From assembly GCA_951406725.2 (NCBI GenBank), contig OX597814.1:106454001-106518000 (forward strand): a stretch of DNA of 64,000 nt. Direction: 5' to 3'. Shown one piece after another: positions 11,961 through 24,627 of the stretch. Every line of letters starts with the position of its first letter. Position 1 is the stretch's first letter. This stretch comes from Octopus vulgaris (taxonomy: Eukaryota). Made by a program: the position numbers and the translations under genes. The notes under the pieces were generated by a model. That model worked only from the letters and a program-made list of their open reading frames with translations. It was not told where the DNA came from and did no database searches.

Positions 11961-13139
11961 AATCAGCCGTCTGTCCAATATAAACATACAGCCCTCCCCT
12001 TGTGTGCACGGTACATTTTTATACAATATTTGTACTCATACAGAGATTCATCAATAGACATTTTTATTTTTCTGTGCATGAGCATTTGTCGTATTTATTT
12101 GTATATATGACAGTCTCGACTCCATTTACCGACATTGTTACCGTGTCAACTGTATCATAAGTATTTCTACTATTACGATTTGGCCGTAATTGGTGTTTTT
12201 CATTGCAGCTTATATCTCCTTTGTTAGTATTTAGATGCGCATGTTCTCTAAATCCAGTAGGTGGGTTATTGAACCTGTGTCACATTTTGCTATTGTTTAT
12301 ACGATGCATAGGCTGGTCTAAATTAACGTAGGATACCTTCATGGAGGCTAATGAGAAGATCATGAATAGACTTTCCGAAAGACTCTCAAGATGCCTACAT
12401 ATAAAAATAAATATAAAAATGGAACAAAAACGCAATAGAGGGCTTTAAATATTCGGAAAAGACAGACGATGCAAAGGCGGACAAGAGAAACAATAATTAG
12501 AAGGACAGCCCAAAAAAGACGGGTCATTCGCGGCCTTCCTCCCTCAGTCAAGTCCCAGAAGTCACGACCATTTCGGGCAGTCACACTTGAGATATTACGA
12601 TCTGGCTGCCCCCCAAAATGTCTAAGCTAAGAGCATTAGACCCCTTTGAAAGAAAACAAGTGAGTGTATACGACAACAAAGACAAAAAGAAAACAAACAC
12701 ACAAAACGAAACGGAGAACATGATACATAATTACGAATACAAAAAACGGGAATGAATTTTGAATAACTGTTAACATAATTTACTTATGGATGACTTAAGT
12801 TTATTTTTAGCCTCTCCATTGTTACAAACACTAAGTAAATAGTTAAGTCGCTTTGTGATCATAAATGCACCAAACCCCACGTGTGCACATGCTTGTATGA
12901 GCGAGTGTACTCGCGCCATGTCGCTTGCCCGAGGGTGTTTATACATCCATATCTATTAACGGTTATTTTTAATACTATTCTCGCTGTATTGCGAGTTCAT
13001 TCCCTTTTTTTTTCGCATCTGTGATTTTATTTTTGATCTTCTATATAAATGAAGATATTTCCTCCGTCAGGCTGCTTTTCTCTCTACTAAACAGAAAGTT
13101 ATATTACAGAACAATCATTTTAATGAGTTGTATTTATTT

Positions 13140-13245
13140 ATCACCCGATGAGATACATCTGCACCGACGGATGCTCCTGAACCAATTGTTGGGTGTCCCA
13201 ATCGTAAGAGATCGATGCTAGATGTATCGAAACAATTGTTGTGAT
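13140..13245 (+). ncRNA. Type I hammerhead with long stem II (core CCGAUGA); decayed inverted relative at ~15168-15280
   Basis: ATCAC-CCGATGA-GATACATCT...AGATGTATC-GAAA-CAATTG-TT-GTGAT: 9-bp stem II base and palindromic stem III. Confidence 0.72.
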
Positions 13246-13291
13246 TAATACGTTCTCGTATCTTCCATCTTCCGTCTTTCATTTGCCATAC

Positions 13292-13352
<61 letters not shown>

Positions 13353-14134
13353 TGTGTGTGTGAGTGAGTGAGTGTGTATGGCAATGCTCCAATAAAGGAA
13401 TCATATATATCTCAGCTAATAAAAACCAGTTTACCTAGAGCTCATCCATAGATTTACAATATTAAAATGTGATGAACCGTAACTTGGAACCCTACCACAA
13501 GATTACCTGGTGTTTTTCGTTAATCTAACAAATATTGTTAGCCTGGAATGACAACAGTGAGCTTATGAAGTATTTTGACTGGATTATATATATATACATA
13601 TAAGCGTATATATAAACAATTCTTGGAGTATGACTTTTTGCATACACATACTTGTATAAGAATTTAAGCTGCACAAAATCCTGCAATTTTAAAATTTGAA
13701 CACTTAAAAGTTAATATTTAGTTGCATGTACACCTTGTCGCCAAGTGTCTATCATAAGTTTTGGCGTCAAAATTTTGCAGTTTTTGTAATTATATCCCTA
13801 AAAGTTATTCCCCTTGTTTTCTAGTTTTTGTAAAATTATCTCATTGTGAAGTTCAGTAAATTTTCGTGCTTTAATCAAAAATGAAGGCGAACACCAAACT
13901 ATGTGATCAGCTTGAAAAACTGTTGAGCTATTTAACAAAGTATTCGAAAAATATATATAATATGTACATACATACATATATATATATATATAGAGAGAGA
14001 GAGAAAATAGTAAAGAGTGACAAAACTACAGAAGGCTTAAATGTTAAAATATATATATATTTGCGTCAATATGTCTGAAGAATATTAGAAAATTTTTTTA
14101 AAAAATTTTTTTCTCTTATAATGACGTAATTTAA

Positions 14135-14173
14135 AAGAAAGACCGGTTTCGCGTGTAGCTTTTCAAATTTCTT
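14135..14173 (-). ncRNA. Minimal hammerhead-like motif with possible U3-A8 core, just 3' of a PLE ORF fragment
   Basis: AAGAAA-T-TTGAAAA-GC(TACAC)GC-GAAA-CCGG-TC-TTTCTT. Same strand and expected position for a pseudo-LTR HHR, but stem II is only 2 bp. Confidence 0.45.
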
Positions 14174-14269
14174 GCGACGTTATGTTTATGTTGAATAGAG
14201 TTATCGTTATGTTTATGTTCAGGAGAGTTCTAAATAAGGGGAGGTAGTGAGTGATTTCTTCCGGTGTGA

Positions 14270-15010
14270 ATTTCTCTGTATCAGTATGTTCGGATGGTTG
14301 AGTCTGGGCTTGTACTTTTCAATGAAGAATGTTTCCTTGTTTAGTCTAATTTGTGTTGATGATCCGAAAGCACATTGGTAAAATGGAAAGATTAAAAATT
14401 GTGGTAGTAGTTGCTTTGCGCATTTCTCAATGTGCTCACTAAAAGGTATCATTCTATATTCTAGGAATGCAATCTGTTGTTGATGCAGTGTGCATCTACG
14501 TCTGAGTGATAGTCCCGTGGAACCCACGTAGTCTTGGTGGCAGCCCGAGCATTTTATGACATAAATTATGTTTTCAGAGGCACAAGTAAAGTTAGATTTG
14601 ATCTTGAATTTCTGTCCCTCTTTAAAGAGGAATTCTGATCCTTCTAGCAGTTTAGGACATGTTGCACAGTTCGATCTACCACATTATTTTACTTTTGCAT
14701 CCGTAATTTCAGAAGACAATTTTGCCTTTGTGAGAATCTTTTTAAGTGATTTAGGCTGTTTGTAGCTTTTAATGATTTGGTGTATGTTTAGAATTTCCTT
14801 TAATTTGGGGTCTTTATGAAGTATTGGTAAATTCTGGGTGATGATGGTGAAGGCTTCTTTGTTTCTGGGGTTGTATGTAGATATGTAAGGTAGTATTTTC
14901 GGGGAAGGTGTGTTGTTGTGTTGAACTTTTCTTAAAGTTTCTATGTTGATTTCTGTTGCACGTCTGATCCCATCCTCTATGAGTTGAGCTGGGTAATGTC
15001 TGTCAATTAG
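14270..15010 (-). pseudogene. PLE fragment: RT C-terminus/linker plus GIY-YIG endonuclease (Neptune-like), with an internal stop
   Basis: Hand translation: K*CGRSNCATCPKLLEGSEFLFKEGQKFKIKSNFTCASENIIYVIKCSGCHQDYVGSTGLSLRRRCTLH...RLNKETFFIEKYKPRLN. Truncated at (TA)n. Confidence 0.85.
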
Positions 15011-15032
15011 GGTGTTTTATATATATATATAC

Positions 15033-15124
<92 letters not shown>

Positions 15125-15374
15125 CAAATGAAAGGCAGAAGATGGAATATACGAGAATATATATTGTTAATCACAACAATTGTTTCGATGCATGTAGCAT
15201 TAACTCCTCTTATGGGACGCACAAAAGACAAAAACTGGTTCAGGTGTATCCGGTGGTGCAGACGTATCTCGTCGAGTAATAAATAAATAAATAATATAAA
15301 CTCGTTAAAATGACTGTTCCATAATGCAACTTACCGTTTTGTAGAGAGAAAAACAGCCAGATGGAGGAAAGTTC

Positions 15375-15427
<53 letters not shown>

Positions 15428-15428
<1 letters not shown>

Positions 15429-16077
15429 AAATGTGAGGATAAAATTCTTTCGAAAAAAAAAAGTTTTCTCGAAAAAAATTTTATCAGCATATTAAAAAAT
15501 ACCTTTAACGGTTAAATTTATAAACAATTCATAAATGAGGGCAAAGGAAAAAAATTCTAATGCCAAATATGCCGAAAAATTGGACATATTGTCCATTAAC
15601 CATATAATTTTTTCACAATACGTACGCTACTCGAAAAAAGGTCGACAGAAATTTCTAAAAAAATCCATTATTACCATATCGGACCGATTTCAGAGTTAGC
15701 TACTAAGAGCCCTCTCTTCGTCAGTGATACATGTGGCCAAAGAAATAAATGAGATACTTACTCATACCCATGGAAAAAGCAAATACTAAGTCACGGGCAC
15801 AACTAAGTACCCCAAATACATCCAAAATAGAAATACTCCAGCCCATTCGAGGCACGAGCGATTTGAAAAAATCGTATTGTGAAAAAATTATATGGTTAAT
15901 GGACAATATGTCCAATTTTTCGGCATATTTGGCATTAGAATTTTTTTCCTTTGCCCTCATTTATGAATTGTTTATAAATTTAACAGTTTTGGGGATTTTT
16001 TAATATGCTGGCCATTGATAAAATTTTTTTCGAGAAAATTTTTTTTTTTTTTCGAAAAGCATTTTATCCTCACATTT
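15428..16077 (-). mobile_element. Fold-back HHR element (arms 15428-15622 and 15873-16077), related to the 505-bp unit
   Basis: ~200-bp inverted arms beside (TA)n, a hammerhead between them, and the shared motif CAGCATATTAAAAAA..CC. Confidence 0.8.
15672..15729 (-). ncRNA. Type I hammerhead ribozyme
   Basis: TATCA-CTGACGA-AGAG(AGGGCTCTTAGTAGCTAA)CTCT-GAAA-TCGGTCCGA-TA-TGGTA; canonical core. Confidence 0.82.
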
Positions 16078-16762
16078 GATATAAATTTAAGCGTTCACTT
16101 CCGAACTAACTAACTCACTCTGTGAGAGCCTCAATTCAAATCGCTCGTGCCTCAAATCGCTCGTGTAGCATAGGAGTTCCTGACATTTCGTTCCTGTGTA
16201 CATCTTTGGTATTTTAAACTATCAGCTTTATTGTACATTATGCAGAGTATCCATAAAATACCTTTACAATTTGATAGATTTGATAGTAAGGAAACGGAAA
16301 AGATAACTGAATAGAGTTTATCGGAAAGTATAGGCAAACAAATAAAGTTTTATTACAAACAACAGAAAATGTTCACAAACTCTGATGAGTTATCATTTAT
16401 TTTAGGTAATATATGGTCACCCTGTAAAAGAGTAAAGACCCCCTTCGGTCATGAATTGCACCTAAGAAGTTCCCCTACCAGGATACAAGTCCTGACTAGG
16501 TTGTTTATGGAAGAACAACAGTCGCCCATGAATACCAGCCTTCCCTCTCCACACCACTGATGTTATCCAAGGGAATGGTAAAAGGATCGATACAGCTTGG
16601 CACCAGTGACGTTGCAACAATAGCTGAGTGAACTGGAGCAATGTTAATTAAAGTGTCTTGCTCAAGAACACAACACACCACCTGATCCGGGAATCGAACT
16701 CACTGCATCATGATTGTGATCCGAGGCTCTAACCACTGAGCCATGCGCCTTCACATCGTCAT

Positions 16763-16837
<75 letters not shown>

Positions 16838-16946
16838 TTATATATATAACGGGAAGCTTTATGAAAATAGACAAAAGACGAAGGCAGGTGGAAAACAAAC
16901 GAACAATTGTATTAGTATGGCGCTCAGGAAATATAAATAAAACAAG

Positions 16947-16984
16947 TCTTTAACGTTTCGAGCCTACGCTCTTCAACAGAAAGA
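16947..16984 (-). ncRNA. Minimal hammerhead in the PLE 3' region, A6U core variant (second copy 35813-35850)
   Basis: TCTTT-CTGTTGA-A-GAGC(GTAG)GCTC-GAAA-CG-TT-AAAGA. The second copy is TCTTT-CTGTCGA-A-GAGC(GTAG)GCTC-GAAA-CG-TA-AAAGA. Confidence 0.72.
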
Positions 16985-17490
16985 TACACAGAGAGAAAAA
17001 AAACACAGAAAGAAGGAGAGAAAAAAATGCGTGCAGTAGCTAACGAATCAACATGGCGATCTGATTTCGGCCAGAGGTCAAAGATCAAACATGAGACGCG
17101 AGAGCGAAATAAGGGGAGATAATAGGGTTGATAATAGGGTTGAAGGACCAGCTAATAGTGCGTAGGAGGGGTCTGGACGTGTGTATGTATAGGGTTGGTG
17201 TATGTATTAGTATGTATAAGGGTGTGTGTGTGTGTGTGTGTGTGTATGTATGAGAGAGTATTGGTGCGTAGGATTGGTCTGGACGTGCGTATGTATGGGG
17301 TTGGTGTATGTATTAGTATGTATTAGTGTGTATTAGTACGTATTAGTATGTATAAGTGTGTGTGTGTGTGTATGAGAGAGTATAAGTGCGTATGAGGGGT
17401 CTGGACGTGTGTATGTATAGGGTTGGTGTATGTATTAGTATGTATTAGTATGTATTAGTACGTATTAGTATGTATTAGTTGGTGTATGTA

Positions 17491-19140
17491 TTAGTATGGC
17501 ACATCATATATGATGTGATGTGTAAAGTCGTGTGGTGTAGTGAGGAGAAGATGGGGAGGGGGAGAAGAGGGGGGAGAGAGAGGAGGGGGAGAAGGAAGGG
17601 GAGGAGGGGGAGGAAGGAGGAAAGAGGGAGAGGGGAGAGGGGAGAGAGGGGAGAGAGGGGGAGGGGAGAGAGGGAGAGGGGGAGAGAGAAGGGGAGTGAG
17701 GGAGCAGAGGGAAGGGGAAGAGGGAAGGAGGGAGGGAGAAAGAGGGAAGAAGGGGAGTAGGGGTGAAAGGATGAAGGACTGAAGAAGTAGGGGTCGGGGG
17801 GAAAGGATAGGTGAGGGGGAGAGGGGGGTTAGATGAGGAGGGGGGGGAGAGTTGAGACCAAATGGCGTATAAGAGCGAAGAGAGAAGATTAATTCCTGTT
17901 CATGGCGCAAACGGGAATCCGGATGGCCTCTGTGTAAGGACAAACCATACACAGATAGGTGTTGCAAGGAGTGACCGGTGGAGCGGAAATGGCGTGAGAC
18001 CGGTGTGTCGTTCGCAAGGTGGATGTCACGAAGGTGTTCCGCGAACCGGTCAGCCAAGCGGCGTCCCGTTTGTCCGATGTACAAGGAATTGCAGAGAGAG
18101 CAAGAGATGCAATAGATAATATTGCTGGAGGTGCAGGTGAAGGAGTGGATGATGGGATAGGGTCGATGGTGGGTGCTAGTGAGGCGGGTGGTGTTGGAGA
18201 GGTAAGGGCAAGTGCGGCAACGTGGGCGGGAGCAGGGGAACGAGCCGGGTTGGGAGGTAGGGTCAGGGAAGGAGCTATGGACCAAAAGGTCTCGAAGGTT
18301 GTGGGCTCGTTTGAAAGAGGGGAGGGGTCGGTGAGGGAAGAGGTGTGAAGTGGACGGGTCGGACTGGAGATGACGGAAAGCTCGAAGAATGGTGCGTTGG
18401 AGACGTAGGGTCGTGGGGTGGTAAGTGAGGGGAAAAGGGAGGCGGGAGGCTACAGGGCGGGTTCGGGGAGAGAGAGCAGATACACGGTCCACGGACCGTG
18501 CTCTGGCAAGGGCGGTGTGGATAGTGGTGAGGGGGTATCCACGTAGGGTGAAATGGTGAGCCATACGTTGAGACTGAGTCTCAAAGTCATGGTCGTCACT
18601 ACAGAGCCTACGTAGACGTAGGAATTGGGAATAGGGGATGGAAAGCTTGGTGTGTTCTGGGTGGGAGGAAGAGAAGTTGAGGTATGAGTGTGAGTCTGTG
18701 TGTTTGTAGTGAATGGAGGTGGTAAAAGTGGAGTGAAGAATGCTAACCGAAATGTCGAGGAAGGAGACAGAGGTGTTGGAGATAGTGGAAGTAAAGTGGA
18801 GGGCTGGATGGAAAGATTGGACGAAAGAGAGGAAGGAATGTAGATGTTCGCGGGAGAGTGAGGTGGCACCGATAATGTCGTCGATGTAACGACCATATAG
18901 TTCAAGAGTGGGACCAGTGAAATTAGAGAATATTTGGGCCTCAACATAGCCAACGAACAGGTTCGCATAGTTGGGGCCCATTCGCGTTCCCATGGCCACT
19001 CCCGAGACCTGATGGTAGAACTCGCCCGCGAACGAGAAGCAGTTCAGAGTAAGGACAAGTTCGGCCAGACGAATGAGTGTGGAGGTGTCAGGTACAGGGT
19101 TAGAGCGGAGGTCAAGAAAGTGTCGAAGGGCCTGCAGTCC
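17491..19140 (-). CDS. PLE reverse transcriptase (partial) + GIY-YIG endonuclease; frame open from the truncation at ~19140
   Basis: LAELVLTLNCFSFAGEFYHQVSGVAMGTRMGPNYANLF, RYIDDI, SFLD, YLNFSSSHP, IPYSQFLRLRRLCS, CSRPRCRTC linker, IIYCISC..C..LYIGQTGRRLADRFAEH, PFGLN. No stops. The Pro-rich tail after ~17830 is probably read-through. Confidence 0.93.
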   Translation of the reverse strand, partial: GLQALRHFLDLRSNPVPDTSTLIRLAELVLTLNCFSFAGEFYHQVSGVAMGTRMGPNYANLFVGYVEAQIFSNFTGPTLELYGRYIDDIIGATSLSREHLHSFLSFVQSFHPALHFTSTISNTSVSFLDISVSILHSTFTTSIHYKHTDSHSYLNFSSSHPEHTKLSIPYSQFLRLRRLCSDDHDFETQSQRMAHHFTLRGYPLTTIHTALARARSVDRVSALSPRTRPVASRLPFPLTYHPTTLRLQRTILRAFRHLQSDPSTSHLFPHRPLPSFKRAHNLRDLLVHSSFPDPTSQPGSFPCSRPRCRTCPYLSNTTRLTSTHHRPYPIIHSFTCTSSNIIYCISCSLCNSLYIGQTGRRLADRFAEHLRDIHLANDTPVSRHFRSTGHSLQHLSVYGLSLHRGHPDSRLRHEQELIFSLRSYTPFGLNSPPPPHLTPLSPSPILSPRPLLLQSFILSPLLPFFPLSPSLLPSSPSLCSLTPLLSPPLPLSPPPLSPLSPLPSPSFLLPPPPPLPSPPPLSPPSSPPPHLLLTTPHDFTHHIIYDVPY

Positions 19141-19144
19141 TTTT

Positions 19145-19282
<138 letters not shown>

Positions 19283-20814
19283 CTAGCATTATGACCCATC
19301 GTTGCCGGGTCTTAGTGCAAGTGCATGTATGTATGTGTATATATATGTGTACATATTACAAGTACATCTATATATATATACATCTACAAATAAAATACAA
19401 AATACAAAGTTATATCTTGATATCGCTAGTGATAACAATACTCAAAATATATAACACACTGGAATTGTAGACCCGTGTCTTGCAATTTTGATCAATTAGA
19501 TCTTGTCCTCCCTCTTGTATAGAAGTGTGGCTACAATCCAGCCTACTTCTACTTCTGGGGGGACATTTTAGATTTTTATCCGGGACGTCCTACGTCCCAG
19601 ATATAAAGGTAAAAATAAAATATTTCCACTTTGAAGGTTCGAATCGAGTACTCGAACCTTGCTTCTATTGTGGCGAATTTACCGCCTCTGGTTAGATATC
19701 TTTCATAGTCGCACTGAGACACTTTTCGATGGTGCTTTCCTCCAGGTGTTCAAATCTTTTTTTCTCTATATTGTATACTTTATAAACAATAGTTTTTTCT
19801 TTAATTTAATTTTTTATTTCGTTCGGTGGTGTTATCCTAGATTCACCGTCTTTGTCAGTGATCAATCCGTATTTCTTCCATTTTAATTTCAATGAGTTTG
19901 CGCCCGCCGACGGCTGCAGCGAAATTCATTTTTGGACTTTCTTCTATCGAAGGCATTCTAACAAAAATGCTTCCGTGTAAACAGTGAAAATATTGTCAAT
20001 TTCCCCAAACAGGGACACAATTCAATTTTTAAACAATAACCAAAGCTCCTTCTCCCAAAGGGGGACGGTTACAGTTTACAATTATTTAACAAATGCAACA
20101 CAACAATGTTTCCTTTACGAGGAAACAACACAGTGATAACAATAGTTAAACAGTAATAATAATAACAACAAACCTTACGATGAGTCAGAAAGCAGTAAGC
20201 AGTTGAAGCTTTAGTCATTTATATATAAGTAATAAACCAACAGCAGTACTCTGTAGGAGCAGCTGTTCGAGAAAACAAATATTACATACAGCCAAACTTC
20301 ATATAGATACTTAATGCTAGCTAATTAGCAGATAATCTAATGTAAAAGCACAGCTCCATCTGGACTATTCCATTTCTGCACGCTAATTTTATTTTTAATT
20401 TATTCCCATTCATGTGAAACCACTTATTCAATTTCAAGTCATTGATGCAATTTTATACCAATTGCTATTTTTACTTTTGTTATGTTACGATTATATTATA
20501 CTTTAGTTTGATTTTAATTATTACTTACTACATATAATTCAATTGTTATTATTATTTTTATTGTTAAAGTGCAAGTATCTGACATAAAATAGAGAAATGT
20601 TTTTGTTTCACTTTTAACACGTAATACTGAATTAGTTGAGAAGATATGATATTGCTATGGGCTCGCCCTAGGCAAGAAATTGAACATTGTTTTTCGCTCA
20701 TGAAACTACATGTACCCTAAGTAAGGCATGTGTAAAATTTGAATGAAATTGGTTGTGTATTTCTCACGTTTTAGGGAAACACACAGACAGACAGACAGAT
20801 ACACATTCTCAGTT

Positions 20815-20820
<6 letters not shown>
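19283..20820 (-). mobile_element. Non-autonomous Helitron-like element
   Basis: Minus-strand 3' end: hairpin GACCC(GGCAACGAT)GGGTC (19293-19311) 6 nt before CTAG (19283-19286) then T. The 5' end near 20820 merges with (TA)n and is followed by (CTGT)n, as in many animal non-autonomous Helitrons. Confidence 0.7.
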
Positions 20821-20850
<30 letters not shown>

Positions 20851-21109
20851 GGAAAGTACAAAGAAACAAAGCGAAAATGTACAATGAATATCAAAAAATA
20901 AAGGCTTTTTTGTGAAAAGTAGCGATAAATAAATACAATTAGATGGAATGAGGTAGAATTAAGAGGAATTAAATTCATTATTTTGAATTAAGAGATTCAA
21001 AATCAAACCGGTATCGTCATTGCTGTTCACTGGCTTTGAATGCTCACCGGTTATCAAAGGGTGTTGGGTCTACTAGTCCCTGAGTAAAAAGATTGTGCAA
21101 GGGAGTGCA

Positions 21110-21154
<45 letters not shown>

Positions 21155-21155
21155 T

Positions 21156-22399
21156 CAGGCTGAATAAAAAGTAAGCAACGTTTTGAAAGATGAAATTCAT
21201 CACAATATATTTCAACAATGCAGAAATATTATTCATCAAAGTACCATTCAAATCAACACATTTTTGCCAACGAGTTACAAGTTTGTTTATTCTGGTCATG
21301 TAAAAATCTGGAGTTCTGGAGCTGATGAACTCTTTGAACGCACTTTCAGCATCGGTTTGATTTTTGAACTCCTCTCGCAGGAAAACATCAAGGTGCTTTA
21401 AAAAGTAGTAGTCAGTAGGAGACAGGTCTGGGGAATAAGCTGGGTGGAGAAGAACTTCATAGCCAATTTCCTCAGTGTCTGGAGCATCATTAGTGAAACG
21501 TGTGGTTGAGTATTGTCATGAAGAATGATTGGTCCTCTTCTGTTGACCAGTCTGGGACGGAGGGGTAGCAGTTTTTCGTTCATTTTGGCAATTTCATGGT
21601 AATATGTTTCTGTAGTAATGTTTTTGGGGGTTTTTATAGTGGGTGAGTCCAGCAGTGCACAACCAAACAGTCATCATAACCTTCTTTGTGAAGAGCTTGC
21701 GTTTAGGGAAGGTTTTCAGTGCTTCATTTTGTTCCAACCACTGTCAAAAGCGTTTTTTTATTATAGTACAGAATCCACTTTTCATTGCAAGTTACAATAC
21801 GGTTGAGAAATGGATCAATTTGGTTATGAAGAAGAAGCAACGAGTAAATTTCATATCCGCGCATTTTCTGATTTTATTCAAATCGCGTGGTACCCATTTG
21901 TCGAGATTTTTTGATTTTCCGATCGCATGCAAATGGTTGCAGCCTGTTTTCTGGCTAACTTAAAATTCTTTTGCCAGTTCTCGAGTGGTTTTATGTGGAT
22001 CTTTCTCAATAACGGTCTTTAATTGACTGCAATCGATGATGGATGGGCGTCCACTGCTCTCACGAACTTCAAGGCTCAGGTCTCCATTGCGAAATCATTT
22101 AAACCATTTTCGAGCTGACCAAACGTTTCGTTGACATCGCGAGCGGTTTCAGCTGCTTTACATCCTATTTTGAAGTTGAATATCAAAATTGATCGAATAT
22201 CGCGCTTTGACAGTTCCATTCCAGATGATTGTAAGAACGTTGAAAAAAAATCAATGTTAAGATATTGATTCATTTGGGTAATTCTATGTCTGTATTATCA
22301 GACAATTGCAAAAACAAGTTCAAATACAATCCAAACCTCTGCAAAAATTCGGTACAAATTCTACTTAGTTCAAAACGTGGCTTACTCTTTACTCAACCT
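21156..22399 (-). mobile_element. Mariner transposon, full length, decayed transposase
   Basis: Imperfect TIRs (AGGCTGAATAAAAAGTAAGCAACGTTTTGAA / TTCAAAACGTGGCTTACTCTTTACTCAACCT), TA flanks, and peptides MELSKRDIR..GCKAAETARDVNETFG, RRGPIILHDNTQPH and YSPDLSPTDYYF in broken frames. Confidence 0.9.
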
Positions 22400-22432
22400 T
22401 ATATATATATATGTGTGTACATGTATACATGC

Positions 22433-22564
<132 letters not shown>

Positions 22565-23274
22565 GTAAGTAGGTAGGTAGGTAGGTAGGTAGGTAGGTAG
22601 GTAAGGCATAAATACAATACGTGCGTACATATATGTGTATTCGTGTGAGATGGAGAAGAGTTTTACATTTCCGGTTCCCAAACTAGATTTAAAAAAAACT
22701 TATATATACGTATACCATAACACTTTTTAAGACAGAGATATTATAAGTATTCGACTCGCTGAACATAGCAGCCATACCTTTTTGTAACCAGACCATATCT
22801 TCTTAAAAGAGGAAGGACATTAGTAAATGTTTACTTCAACAAACGACACACTACTCGCAACGGGAACATATCCATTAGCTGTGACACAGCATAAATGATA
22901 GCAATGAATAAAAAAAAATGCACCTACGTAGAATAAGATTACAAAAAGAAAAAAAAACATTGTTAATGGTTTTCAACTAATGAAACATTTCCCTGGTTAT
23001 CTATTGGCACTTTTCGATGAGTTAAAGTGTAAAATTGAAGAAAAGAAAGACGAAACGATTCACTGTGCTTCAGGTATATTCAATATCGCAGTACCATGTT
23101 GTTATGGTAACGATAATTAAAATGTTTAATTCTATTTCTGACAGAAAATTGTTTACTGACTCCTCGTAACGAATTGCAATCATTGTTTTTTTTTTTTAAA
23201 GAAGTTTGCTGTAGAATTGATTTTAGAAATAAATTATATGCTTGTTGGATCAAGTACATTCATACTTACATACA

Positions 23275-23365
<91 letters not shown>

Positions 23366-23911
23366 GTGTGTGTGTGTCTGTCTATCTCTGTGTGTATCTG
23401 TGTGTGTATGCGATTGTATATATATATATAAACGTTAAATCCTCCTTCTTTCTTTGCTTTCCTGGGCGTCCAATAACACTATACTTGTTCAACGTCTTCG
23501 CGTTGTGTTTTCTCTTTGTGGTTTCATGTTCGGATTAACATATATATATATAATTGTGTGTATATATATATATATATATATATACATATACACACGCACA
23601 TATATACGTATACGCATACCCACCGCCATACTATAGGCACGAACATATATACACTATACACACACACACACGTACACATGAATACGTGCGCATGCATTTA
23701 TGCATACATCGATTTGCACCTATCTGTCTATCTGTGTGTGTGTGAAGGTGTGTGTGCTTGTGCGCGTGTGTGTGCTTGCGTTTTCTGAATAAATATTTGT
23801 CAAATAAGTCAGGAATATATTTCTGTAGAAAATTGACCGAAATGTCTTCAATGGCCCCCTATAAACCTAGACTGATAACAACTATTCTAAAGAAATAGAA
23901 TGAATTAAAAC

Positions 23912-23982
<71 letters not shown>

Positions 23983-24550
23983 TTGCAATAAAAATACGTG
24001 AATTTTTTACCCTGGCCATAATTATATACATGAGTGGGATAAACACATATAAAGTTATACATACATGTCTTCCCCACTCCTGGGTTTAGCATTTCCATGG
24101 CGAAGCGGAGGCGGCCGTTGTATCCCATAGATCAGAGGGAGCGCTACCGTCAGGAGCTTTGCTCCTGGTCGGTGCACCCAAGGCGAGCTGATCTCTAGAG
24201 GATGTTCCAGACTAACGATGGATTGTGATGCGTTGACTCGTCGCTAACATAGCAGCCACATCATCTGATTATTCTGCGGAGGGCCAACAACCGGCCCAGA
24301 AGAATCTTCAGCCTGTTACGACACCGACCAGGAGAAACGAGATGGCCCAACATTGGAACAGACTCCTGTATACCCCCAATCAGGAGAGCACAGAGGGTCT
24401 TGCACAGGTGGACCTGGTCGGCTTTTGCACAATGGAACCTCTGGGACCACTAACATGGGATAATCCCCAGCCTCATCAACCAAGAGTATGAGTGCAGTGA
24501 TGCTTGTGTTCATATCATCCTTTATACTGCAAGTAAGTAAAATGGTCGTA

Positions 24551-24627
24551 CAAAATCTCGTTCGTATATACAAAATCTCGTTCGTACATATAAAATTTCG
24601 TTCTTTATACAAAATCTCGTCGTATAT
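24551..24627. repeat. ~20-bp minisatellite, about 4 copies
   Basis: CAAAATCTCGTTCGTATATA repeated with variants. Confidence 0.75.

Larger units (their letters stand above)
16845..19140 (-). mobile_element. Penelope-like retroelement, 5'-truncated, inserted in (TA)n
   Basis: RT + GIY-YIG ORF, then a 3' region with a purine tract, three ~110-bp tandem sub-repeats (17165-17500) and an HHR. (TA)n on both sides. Confidence 0.93.

Noticed and set aside
17491-17830. Proline-rich C-terminal domain of the PLE protein
   Set aside because: Encoded by a low-complexity tract past the conserved GLN end; probably read-through.
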